Shown here piece by piece: positions 55,044-62,740 of a DNA stretch of 64,000 bases. Made by a program: the position numbers and the translations under genes. Where the stretch lies: NCBI GenBank assembly GCA_035638255.1, contig DASRAJ010000029.1, forward strand, positions 54,232 through 118,231. The letters run 5' to 3'. Source of the stretch: Chitinophagales bacterium (GTDB lineage: Bacteria > Bacteroidota > Bacteroidia > Chitinophagales > UBA10324). The notes under the pieces were generated by a model. It saw only the letters and a list, made by a program, of their open reading frames with translations, was not told where the DNA came from and searched no databases. Position 1 is the stretch's first letter. The number at the start of each line of letters is the position of its first letter.

Positions 55044-55628
55044 TTAAGTTCTTTTACGAAGATATATTTCGTGGTTGAAGTTGTAAATGGAGGTTCTCTG
55101 ATCAAAATTAATTTCAGTTATTAGGGGACGAAAGCCCGGCTTAAATGAAACTGTACCATTTGGATTAAGAATCATTCCATGAGAATACTGCCAAATATCC
55201 CTCCCTTGTTCGTCATATCCGTTGTGGCTAATATGCACAATAATTTGTGCATTCCCTATACTGACCTCTTCATATTCATCTTCAATAATAACCGTTGGGT
55301 TTGTGATGAAGTATGTGCTTTCTGCAAAGCAAAAGCCAAAGCAATTGTACGCAGGTTCTAGGGGACATTGAGCAAGGAGATCTTCGGGCTGGGGTTTAAC
55401 TGGCTTTCCTGTTCCTGATTCAACTATGGTTCTTTGAACTGTTTCAGGTTTAATTTTATATGCATCAACCCGATTTCTTTTATCCGTCAGTAACCAACCT
55501 TTTCGATAGTCAGCTTTAAAATTCATTGCTCGATTTCCCCATTGAATATTGGGTAATCGCATCGTTTCATTATGTTTCTCTATGTGATCTGAGTTATGAA
55601 AAATTAAAGTGTCATTTTTCCTGAGCAT
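55044..55628 (-). CDS. hypothetical protein with possible Cys/His (NlpC/P60- or papain-like) dyad
   Basis: 194 aa. AYNCFGFCFAE loosely resembles the x-C-S/F-G-F nucleophile motif of NlpC/P60-type enzymes. A candidate His lies downstream in IIVHISHNGY. Weak evidence. Confidence 0.3.
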   Translation of the reverse strand: MLRKNDTLIFHNSDHIEKHNETMRLPNIQWGNRAMNFKADYRKGWLLTDKRNRVDAYKIKPETVQRTIVESGTGKPVKPQPEDLLAQCPLEPAYNCFGFCFAESTYFITNPTVIIEDEYEEVSIGNAQIIVHISHNGYDEQGRDIWQYSHGMILNPNGTVSFKPGFRPLITEINFDQRTSIYNFNHEIYLRKRT

Positions 55629-55677
55629 TCTATTTTGTTTAAGAAGGAATTAAAATGATAGTTTAGCAAATAAAAGT

Positions 55678-55851
55678 ATGAATGATCAACAAGTAGCTCA
55701 AGAGTTAGTTCGTCGAGGAATAATTTCGGCGCAAGAACTCCAATCAAGTTCGCTAGGAGAAATCTTAGTGAGAAGAGGCATTATAGGACCTGAAGAATTA
55801 ACTCAAGGACTTACAATTTTCGAAGTTCTAAGAAAACGTGGCATTATCTGA
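55678..55851 (+). CDS. 57-aa protein made of MshEN/T2SSE_N-like repeats (not in ORF track)
   Basis: Translated by hand: MNDQQVAQELVRRGIISAQELQSSSLGEILVRRGIIGPEELTQGLTIFEVLRKRGII. It has three (L/V)-R/K-R-G-I-I units. The central SLGEILVRRGIIGPEELTQGL fits most positions of the MshEN c-di-GMP-binding consensus as I recall it. Confidence 0.4.
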   Translation: MNDQQVAQELVRRGIISAQELQSSSLGEILVRRGIIGPEELTQGLTIFEVLRKRGII

Positions 55852-55874
55852 TAGTGCGGAAATAGTTAAATATT

Positions 55875-56864
55875 TTAAATGCGATCCATCTCAGCCAACT
55901 TACGGTAATGAGCGCCGAGACCCGTTAACTTACAAGCAGTTGAATTAATGGCTGCATAATACATGTGTTCAGCATCAACTGGTACCACAAGTCCATATCG
56001 ATTGCAAAGCTGGAGTTCTTTAAAGATTCGTACGTTGTCTTTATTAACGGGCATATTCCTCAAATGCTCCGGAATGTTTTGCCGATCTGGCTCATAGGAG
56101 GGGTCAAGTTTGAAGTGATCCGTTGAGCTTTTAAAATAGCCTGGCAGTCGCCTTAGTATTTCAAGAGACACTTTAGGAGTTACGGTACGTAGGGTTATGA
56201 AGGTTTGAACATTGGCTTTATATACTGGGCGTTGCTCCCAAGGTCCGAGAGTTTGATCAATGTGTGAGTATATAGAAGCAGGGGTAATCCTCCCACATAT
56301 ATCAGCAGAGGCTCCACTGAGTCCATCAAGCAAAATACCTGTAAAGAGACCATGCCCATTCATTTCCCCTGCAGTGCCTTCCCGATGGCAAGCCGTAAGA
56401 ATTGTCACACCTGTAGCAATAACTGAAACCTGATCATTATTTAATCCAGCAACTTCACCGGCATAGCCAGAATTACAACTATCAAGAATAATCACAGTTG
56501 ATTTAATCCGTGGATAGGCTGCATTGGCAACACTTAAAATTTCCGAAAGAGGTATTCCCCAACTTCCTTTTTTTCCGTCTTGACTTACTATATAACCTGC
56601 ATTGGTTGTCGCGTTCACTATTCCATGACCCGCGAAATAGAGCAGGACTGTTTCAGCATCACCTTTAAAAAGTTCTTCTAGCGCGCTATGAATAACTTCG
56701 CTAGTAACCTCACCATTATCACTGGTAATTAGTTTAACGGAAAAATTGGGAGACCCATCTCCATTCTTCTCAAGTGTATTTGCGACAGCAACAGCATCAT
56801 TTTCACATCCCGTAAGCGGAGATGTGGGATATTTGTCTATACCGATGACCAGTGCCCTTCTCAT
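55875..56864 (-). CDS. caspase-like (peptidase C14) protease
   Basis: MRRALVIGIDKYP...LTGCENDA..., the catalytic His in LLYFAGHG, the catalytic Cys in VIILDSCNSG, and a ~120-aa unassigned C-terminal domain. I chose the Met at 56,864, which shares one base with the upstream TAA (TAATG). Confidence 0.8.
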   Translation of the reverse strand: MRRALVIGIDKYPTSPLTGCENDAVAVANTLEKNGDGSPNFSVKLITSDNGEVTSEVIHSALEELFKGDAETVLLYFAGHGIVNATTNAGYIVSQDGKKGSWGIPLSEILSVANAAYPRIKSTVIILDSCNSGYAGEVAGLNNDQVSVIATGVTILTACHREGTAGEMNGHGLFTGILLDGLSGASADICGRITPASIYSHIDQTLGPWEQRPVYKANVQTFITLRTVTPKVSLEILRRLPGYFKSSTDHFKLDPSYEPDRQNIPEHLRNMPVNKDNVRIFKELQLCNRYGLVVPVDAEHMYYAAINSTACKLTGLGAHYRKLAEMDRI

Positions 56865-57253
56865 TATCTTGAACCTCCAATTAAAGCCTTGAGATTTGCC
56901 CATGTCCAATTATAAATCTTATCAGTGCTTAAGGCGGCATTTGGTTTAACACAAGCTTTGCTCGCTCTTCCCCAAAGTAGGAAGTATGGTTTTCCAAGTT
57001 CTTGCGCTATTTCTAGTTCAGCAGAAACCCCGGTAGCAGTATGTGTTGATTCACCGCACAAAACAATCACCTGGTCACAGTTACCCATACGCCCCTTAAC
57101 TTTTTTCTTCCAATCCCCAGTTAGATGTTCCTTAACAGAGCCATCTGCGAAATCGAAAGGAGAATCTTCCAGCTTGGCTTGTCCTGCGAGCATAACCTTA
57201 ATGTCTGAGTCATTGTCGTAATCAAACGTTATAAAAATTCGTTGTTTTGCCAT
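56864..57253 (-). CDS. TIR-like domain protein (DUF1863 / MTH538 / ThsB-like)
   Basis: 129 aa. RIFITFDYDND...DQVIVLCGESTHTATGVSAELEIAQELGKPYFLLWG matches the flavodoxin-like TIR/DUF1863 pattern. Confidence 0.7.
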   Translation of the reverse strand: MAKQRIFITFDYDNDSDIKVMLAGQAKLEDSPFDFADGSVKEHLTGDWKKKVKGRMGNCDQVIVLCGESTHTATGVSAELEIAQELGKPYFLLWGRASKACVKPNAALSTDKIYNWTWANLKALIGGSR

Positions 57254-57301
57254 GAGAGTATTTGAATTAGTTAATAATAGAAAAGTTAGTTGTTAAATGA
57301 G

Positions 57302-57592
57302 CTATCTGCACTCAGGCAAACTCAAAAGGTTGTCTGCCTTAGTTCCATCCGGTCTTGTTCTTACGAATTTAGTCCCAAATGAAGTGGTTTCGGCAATGAG
57401 ATATGCAACATCACCCTTAGAATCCCTCACATAAGCTACGCCGCCATTTTTAACCCACTCGTACATGTCAACCCTCGATGTAGTGCCTGTTTCACTGGTG
57501 GATTCATTTATCCAGCTTAAACTGCTTATTGCGACATGAGGATTTTCATGATGCCCATTGTCCTTTTTAATGCATGTAATTTTTATTGCCAT
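57302..57592 (-). CDS. DUF3892-domain protein
   Basis: 96 aa. ...HHENPHVAISSL...VKNGGVAYVRD...KFVRTRPDGTKADNLLSLPEC ends with the D-N-L-L-x-L-P-x-C signature I associate with DUF3892. Confidence 0.6.
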   Translation of the reverse strand: MAIKITCIKKDNGHHENPHVAISSLSWINESTSETGTTSRVDMYEWVKNGGVAYVRDSKGDVAYLIAETTSFGTKFVRTRPDGTKADNLLSLPECR

Positions 57593-57634
57593 CGCTTGAT
57601 TTTTTTTGCTTTTTTTAATACTTGAGAAAGTGAT

Positions 57635-57790
57635 TCAACGCCCAGGGCTTTCTGCACCACCCAAGGTTTTAATGTTGCCGTGAAGGTTATTTAGTACTGG
57701 ATACTCCTTACGAAGTTTATCTATTGAGGAGTCAGATCGTTCTTTGCGAAATCGACCCGCCTCTGTCTTTTTATGTTGTCCTAATTTCAT
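57635..57790 (-). CDS. possible 51-aa basic small ORF (not in ORF track)
   Basis: Translated by hand: MKLGQHKKTEAGRFRKERSDSSIDKLRKEYPVLNNLHGNIKTLGGAESPGR. It fills the gap between the LexA-like and DUF3892 genes on the same strand. No other support. Confidence 0.2.
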   Translation of the reverse strand: MKLGQHKKTEAGRFRKERSDSSIDKLRKEYPVLNNLHGNIKTLGGAESPGR

Positions 57791-57795
57791 GATGT

Positions 57796-58464
57796 CTATT
57801 TTACTATAGGTCTTTTAATAACTCCAACAACCTTCCCACTTATGCTGAAATCATCAGAAGGATGTAGGTGAATGGGATCATAGTTAAATGAAGAATCAGC
57901 CATGAGCACTATCTGTCCATTCTCTCGATCATCGATTAACCGTTTGATTGTTGCCTTGCTGTCAATTATCGCCAGAACAATATTTTTGTTGGTGATGTCT
58001 GTATTGTTCGAATCAACAATAACGAAATCACCATCTTCAATTCGCTTGCCTGCTACTTCTGCACGATTCATTGACGACCCATCAGCTTTTATTGCGTAAA
58101 GCCCTGAAGGTTTTGATCTACCAACGAGTTTGCTGGAGACACGCAAGAAACCTTGAAAGTTTTCTTCAGCAAAAATTGTTGCCGGACCACAATTCGCTGT
58201 TCCGAGAATAGGTATTGAAAAAATCTTCGCACTCATTTCAAGCAATCCTTTTGCCCATCCCGGTGTTGGAGCAGAACGCTCCATTATACCTTTGGCTCGA
58301 TCAATGCTAATGAAGCCCTTCTTCTGAAGTTGAGTCAGATGATGCTTAATCTTTTGCGGTGATTCCTTTGGCATTTCTATCGCACTCGCCATTTCTCGGA
58401 GACTCATCTTTGCTAAGTTCTCCTTCTTTGATAGTGCCAACAGCTTTTCTTGTATGGGATGCAT
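57796..58464 (-). CDS. LexA-like repressor (winged-helix DNA-binding domain + S24 self-cleaving peptidase)
   Basis: 222 aa. MSLREMASAI...IKHHLTQLQKKGFI is LexA-type wHTH. It also has an NCGPATIFAEE cleavage-site-like region, the Ser in ADGSSMN and the Lys in TIKRL. Confidence 0.8.
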   Translation of the reverse strand: MHPIQEKLLALSKKENLAKMSLREMASAIEMPKESPQKIKHHLTQLQKKGFISIDRAKGIMERSAPTPGWAKGLLEMSAKIFSIPILGTANCGPATIFAEENFQGFLRVSSKLVGRSKPSGLYAIKADGSSMNRAEVAGKRIEDGDFVIVDSNNTDITNKNIVLAIIDSKATIKRLIDDRENGQIVLMADSSFNYDPIHLHPSDDFSISGKVVGVIKRPIVK

Positions 58465-58565
58465 AGGGCAATATTACAATATTTTAGGCTAATAAACAAA
58501 TAAAGCTTTAAAGTCAGTAAAACTTGACACCTCTAATTTTTGATTTGACACAATAAGGGGAGAAA

Positions 58566-60269
58566 CTATGGTAGATTATTATTATCGTATGGTAGTACAG
58601 GAATGCTAATCGAAGGATCATTTCTTGTTATAAACACGGTTCGAACATCCTTCACGGTGGTGCACCACCGTTGACGAATTGAATTCAAAACTTCATTTCG
58701 TTCTTCTACAGAAACATTTTTTTTCAGTTCGATCTCTCGATATTCCGCTTCAAGTGTTGGGTAGTCTTTCTCTATGGGAATTAGCCATTCCGCGGCTTCA
58801 ATGTTGAGTATTTTGTCTTTTACATTATAGTTCGAGCCAAGTGAGGAAAGTATCTCTCGCTTATCGTTTAGGGTTCCTGCTACGAATCCCTGACGTGCAT
58901 ACGTTGCGAAGTGAAAGGTTTTTTCAGTGAGTTCAACATATCGTTCTGAATGATCATCGGTCTCTTCTAATTGCTGTTTAAACTTCGTAATCGCGCTTAG
59001 GAGCGAGTTTCGTTCTTTGAGGTATGTTTCTTCATCTACAAGCTCCTTATAGCGCATACGTGTGAGATTATCGAGTTCCTTCTGTGTTTCAAGAAGGGAA
59101 GCTTGCCGCATATCAAGGATTGTTGTTTTGTCCTGAACTCCCTTACCGTTTTCTATTTCTAGCACCTCAAGTGCCCACTCAAAAAACTCAGGCATGATCG
59201 TATATTTCTCAAGCATACTTTCGATTTGCTCTTCAAGACTTCCAAGCGTGAGCGGCTTTGCATTCTTGCACACAGTACCTTTCTTCTTATGCGTGCAGTG
59301 GTAATACACGTAGGTTTTTAATTCCCCGGTAGTTTTCACCAACTTCAATTTTTCACTTGCCGTGTACATTGATCCGCATTCACCACAGTGAATCAGTCCG
59401 GTGTACGCAAACTCATGTTTCTGTTTGCGGGGTTTGCCTTTTCGTCCCAGGAGAATTTGCACATGATCATATTCATCAAGCGTAATCATGGGACCGTGTT
59501 TACCATTGTAAAACTTACCAGCCCATTCAAACATGCCAGTGTAAAAAATGTTGGAGAAGATTTTATACATCAGACTCGTTGAAATTTCTTTGTCCCCGTA
59601 TGAGTTGTGTCTAGGTGTTCTAAACCCCCATTCTGTATTGGCAATGTTGCGGATTGTTTCGACTGTGTAATTACCTGTGAGCATCATATCCCACATTCTG
59701 CGAACCAATGGAAATCTTTTCTTATCAACCACAATTGTCTTATCTGCTTTGTCATTCACGTATCCAATCGGCGGCAGTGCCGGTAGCCACCCTCGTTCAG
59801 CTTTGCCTTCCATGCCACGTCTGCAATTCTTCCGAAGGTCAATGATGAATTGATTTGCCATGCTGCTTTCGACATTGAAAAGAAGCACGTTGTCATCAGG
59901 TAAATGTCTGCGATCAATAGTTTGAATACATTTCAAAACTCCTTGCTGGAGAAGCCAACTCAAGGTTCCACTGTCAATTGGATTACGGGAAAGACGATTG
60001 ATTTGCCAACAGAGAATACCACCGGCTTCACCCTTCTCAATTCTTTTTATCATCTCTGAAAACACTGTACGATTGTACGGCTTCTTGGCTGATTTTGCCT
60101 CTGTCAAAATCTCCTTTATTTCCAAGCCCAAATTCGCCGCAAGATCTTTGAGACGGCTAATCTGATCTTCGATGGATTGGACTTGTCGGTCTTCACTCTC
60201 CAAAGACTTTCGGGCATAGAGAAAGTATTTGATTTTTTCGGTTGTGCCATTGATCATACGTGAGTGCAA
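58566..60269 (-). CDS. second large serine recombinase
   Basis: 567 aa. YFLYARKSLESEDRQVQSIEDQ is the catalytic Ser region. It also has a recombinase domain, a zinc ribbon (HCGECGSMY...YYHCTHKKKGTVC) and a C-terminal coiled coil. Confidence 0.9.
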   Translation of the reverse strand: MHSRMINGTTEKIKYFLYARKSLESEDRQVQSIEDQISRLKDLAANLGLEIKEILTEAKSAKKPYNRTVFSEMIKRIEKGEAGGILCWQINRLSRNPIDSGTLSWLLQQGVLKCIQTIDRRHLPDDNVLLFNVESSMANQFIIDLRKNCRRGMEGKAERGWLPALPPIGYVNDKADKTIVVDKKRFPLVRRMWDMMLTGNYTVETIRNIANTEWGFRTPRHNSYGDKEISTSLMYKIFSNIFYTGMFEWAGKFYNGKHGPMITLDEYDHVQILLGRKGKPRKQKHEFAYTGLIHCGECGSMYTASEKLKLVKTTGELKTYVYYHCTHKKKGTVCKNAKPLTLGSLEEQIESMLEKYTIMPEFFEWALEVLEIENGKGVQDKTTILDMRQASLLETQKELDNLTRMRYKELVDEETYLKERNSLLSAITKFKQQLEETDDHSERYVELTEKTFHFATYARQGFVAGTLNDKREILSSLGSNYNVKDKILNIEAAEWLIPIEKDYPTLEAEYREIELKKNVSVEERNEVLNSIRQRWCTTVKDVRTVFITRNDPSISIPVLPYDNNNLP

Positions 60270-60287
60270 GCATTCTACAATGCTTCG

Positions 60288-60488
60288 TTAGTCTTGTAAA
60301 GCAGATGAAGATTGCCTACGCTTTTGAATAGCGTTGAACGCATCTTCAGTCATAGGCTTGTAAATACATCTTAAGAGACAGACAAGCTTGATACCTTTCT
60401 CATACGCTTCTTCACTTGAAATTTCAATTCCAAATTTCTGTTTGTAGAGTTCCTGAAATTTTTTGAGTTGGGTATCTGATATGACCAT
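60288..60488 (-). CDS. small hypothetical protein upstream of recombinase 2
   Basis: 66-aa ORF ending 18 nt before the recombinase gene on the same strand. It could be an accessory or directionality factor; there is no motif evidence. Confidence 0.35.
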   Translation of the reverse strand: MVISDTQLKKFQELYKQKFGIEISSEEAYEKGIKLVCLLRCIYKPMTEDAFNAIQKRRQSSSALQD

Positions 60489-60596
60489 TATCTCAATTGT
60501 CTCAAGAGGAAATGCAGTGTGAAGTAGGGAGGAATTGTTATCCGTAGCATTTTCTCCCTCCTATTCTGTGAATGAAAAACTCTGTAGAGTTTTTAC

Positions 60597-61802
60597 ATGG
60601 ATGAACACAGCGAGATCACCCCCATTGGAATTACAAACTTTCGAAACACCAACAAACGCTTTGGCATTAAAGACAAAGATCGTCTTGGTCATATTTACGT
60701 CATTGGAAAAACAGGCGTTGGTAAAAGCACCTTGCTGGAGAACATGGCAATCTCAGATATTGAGCGAGGAAAAGGACTTGGTGTCATTGATCCTCACGGT
60801 GATATTGCTGAAGACATTTTGAAGTACATCCCTGAACACAGGAAGAAAGACCTTATTTATTTCGATGCAACGAATACAGCGCAACCAATCGCTTTTAATC
60901 CGTTGCATGGCATTCATCAAAGCTACCATCACCTTGTGGCTTCAGGACTTGTCTCCACATTTAAAAAAATATGGGCTGACTCATGGGGACCGAGACTTGA
61001 ATACATCTTGCGCTTTGTACTGCTTACTCTTCTCCAAATTCCCGATGCAACGCTTCTCGATATTCAACCTTTACTTGTCAATCCAGACTATCGTAAACCA
61101 CTCTTACACTTCATCACTGACGACCACCTTCTTTCATTTTGGAGAAATGAGTATGAAAAATATTCACCACAACTTAGAGCAGAGGCAATCTCCCCAATAC
61201 TCAACAAGACAGGATTGTTTCAAACAAGCCTTCCGTTGCGAAAAATTGTTGGACAGAAGACAACCAAATTCAGAATGCAACAAGTACTAGACGAAGGAAA
61301 GATTTTCATTGTCAATCTCTCCAAGGGAGAGCTTGGAGAAGATGCATCTTCACTTCTTGGGAGCATGCTCGTGACTTCCATTCAGCTTGCAGCATTACAC
61401 AGAGCAACGCAAGATTTGGAAAGTCGAAAACCTTTTTACCTTTACGTTGACGAAATGCACTCCTTCGTAACTCACTCCTTCGTTAACATCCTAGCCGAGG
61501 CACGAAAGTATTGTCTTTCGCTATTTCTTACTCATCAATACACCGACCAGATTGACGAGCGAATTCGATTAGCAATCTTCGGCAATGTAGGAACCATAAT
61601 TTCATTCAGAGTTGGAGCAACAGATGCAGAGTATTTAGAGAAAGAGTTTTATCCCTTCTTCAACAAAAATGATTTCATTAACCTTCCAAAATACGAGCTG
61701 TATTTAAAGTTAATGATCGACGGAACTACATCACAGCCATTTAGTGCCATTTCAATTCCTTTGAAAAATAAAATTAGAATTTCTAATACAAAGACGCATT
61801 AA
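60597..61802 (+). CDS. soluble TraD/VirD4 (T4CP)- or HerA-like P-loop ATPase
   Basis: 401 aa. Walker A is VIGKTGVGKSTLL, followed by GLGVIDPHGD. Walker B is FYLYVDEMHSF. ARKYCLSLFLTHQYTDQI and GNVGTIISFRVG follow. There are no TM helices. Confidence 0.6.
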   Translation: MDEHSEITPIGITNFRNTNKRFGIKDKDRLGHIYVIGKTGVGKSTLLENMAISDIERGKGLGVIDPHGDIAEDILKYIPEHRKKDLIYFDATNTAQPIAFNPLHGIHQSYHHLVASGLVSTFKKIWADSWGPRLEYILRFVLLTLLQIPDATLLDIQPLLVNPDYRKPLLHFITDDHLLSFWRNEYEKYSPQLRAEAISPILNKTGLFQTSLPLRKIVGQKTTKFRMQQVLDEGKIFIVNLSKGELGEDASSLLGSMLVTSIQLAALHRATQDLESRKPFYLYVDEMHSFVTHSFVNILAEARKYCLSLFLTHQYTDQIDERIRLAIFGNVGTIISFRVGATDAEYLEKEFYPFFNKNDFINLPKYELYLKLMIDGTTSQPFSAISIPLKNKIRISNTKTH

Positions 61803-61812
61803 AATTTTTCTA

Positions 61813-62736
61813 TTGTCGTCAATTCCACCATACGAGTCCACATTTGATAGAGTAGTTGGTAGCAAGTTATCTTCTATTGAAAAAGATGAACTATTAGCAA
61901 TTCTAAAAATATGGGGCAACACCGCAAAAAACATTGTTGACAATTTAAGACAAGATTGTTGCGTAGATGAAAATGCAATGTTTGAAATTTTGCAAGTAGT
62001 TCTTCAATATAAACATATATCGAGGGATCCAGATAATGCGACCGAGTTAGAAAACTTAACCGAGGCTTTTTGTAATAAGTGCAATGAGTTAATTAATAAA
62101 TATTTTCAGAAAAATATTCCATATAGCTCTAGAATAAATTGTACCTCTATTAAAATCCTTGGAAGAGTAGTAACTAAACGCAACTTTTTATTAACGATAT
62201 ATTCTTATGTTCCCCGTAAGGATAAAAGCATTTTAAGAAACTTATATCGAGGAGTTGTTGATCCTAAACATCAAAACGTTGGTATAGGTTGCAAGAAAAA
62301 TAATCCTCGAATTGTGTGGGTAACTTGGAACACTTCACCTACAAATGACGACCCATTTGCTTTTGCCAGTTCACAAGCTAAGTTACTAATTATTAATAGT
62401 GCATTGGGGCTAAGCGTATTTGGGGATAAGAGAATCTGTCTTTTGTTAAGATATGATAAGCCACTTCCTGATATCTTGTATTACCCTACTATTATTGACG
62501 CTCAAAAACACGATAGATTTAGACCCATCTTTCCATATGATTGTATTGGTGGAAAATTGCCACCTTTTGGAGAGACCCGCCCAAGAGCAAGGGATGAATT
62601 GCTTAAATCTCTAAAACTTGAAGAGTTTTCCTATTTGCCTATAAATAATCCTCCAAGACCAGAAGCGACTCATAGAGGCGATCTCGCTATGTTAAAACAT
62701 CTATCTACTATTCCACCAGAACCAATTAAACTTTAG
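61813..62736 (+). CDS. hypothetical protein
   Basis: 307-aa ORF with a TTG start, beginning 10 nt after the ATPase stop. No motif recognised. Confidence 0.4.
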   Translation: MSSIPPYESTFDRVVGSKLSSIEKDELLAILKIWGNTAKNIVDNLRQDCCVDENAMFEILQVVLQYKHISRDPDNATELENLTEAFCNKCNELINKYFQKNIPYSSRINCTSIKILGRVVTKRNFLLTIYSYVPRKDKSILRNLYRGVVDPKHQNVGIGCKKNNPRIVWVTWNTSPTNDDPFAFASSQAKLLIINSALGLSVFGDKRICLLLRYDKPLPDILYYPTIIDAQKHDRFRPIFPYDCIGGKLPPFGETRPRARDELLKSLKLEEFSYLPINNPPRPEATHRGDLAMLKHLSTIPPEPIKL

Positions 62737-62740
62737 AAAG

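Noticed and set aside
58465-58565. Repeated ttgacac boxes between the LexA-like gene and recombinase 2 as an att site or operator.
   Set aside because: There are only two 7-nt copies and no matching sequence elsewhere in the window, so the evidence is insufficient.
60535-60822. 95-aa ORF overlapping the start of the T4CP-like ATPase gene, and 60865..61290 inside it.
   Set aside because: These are alternative frames of a gene with clear Walker motifs, and they have no independent support.
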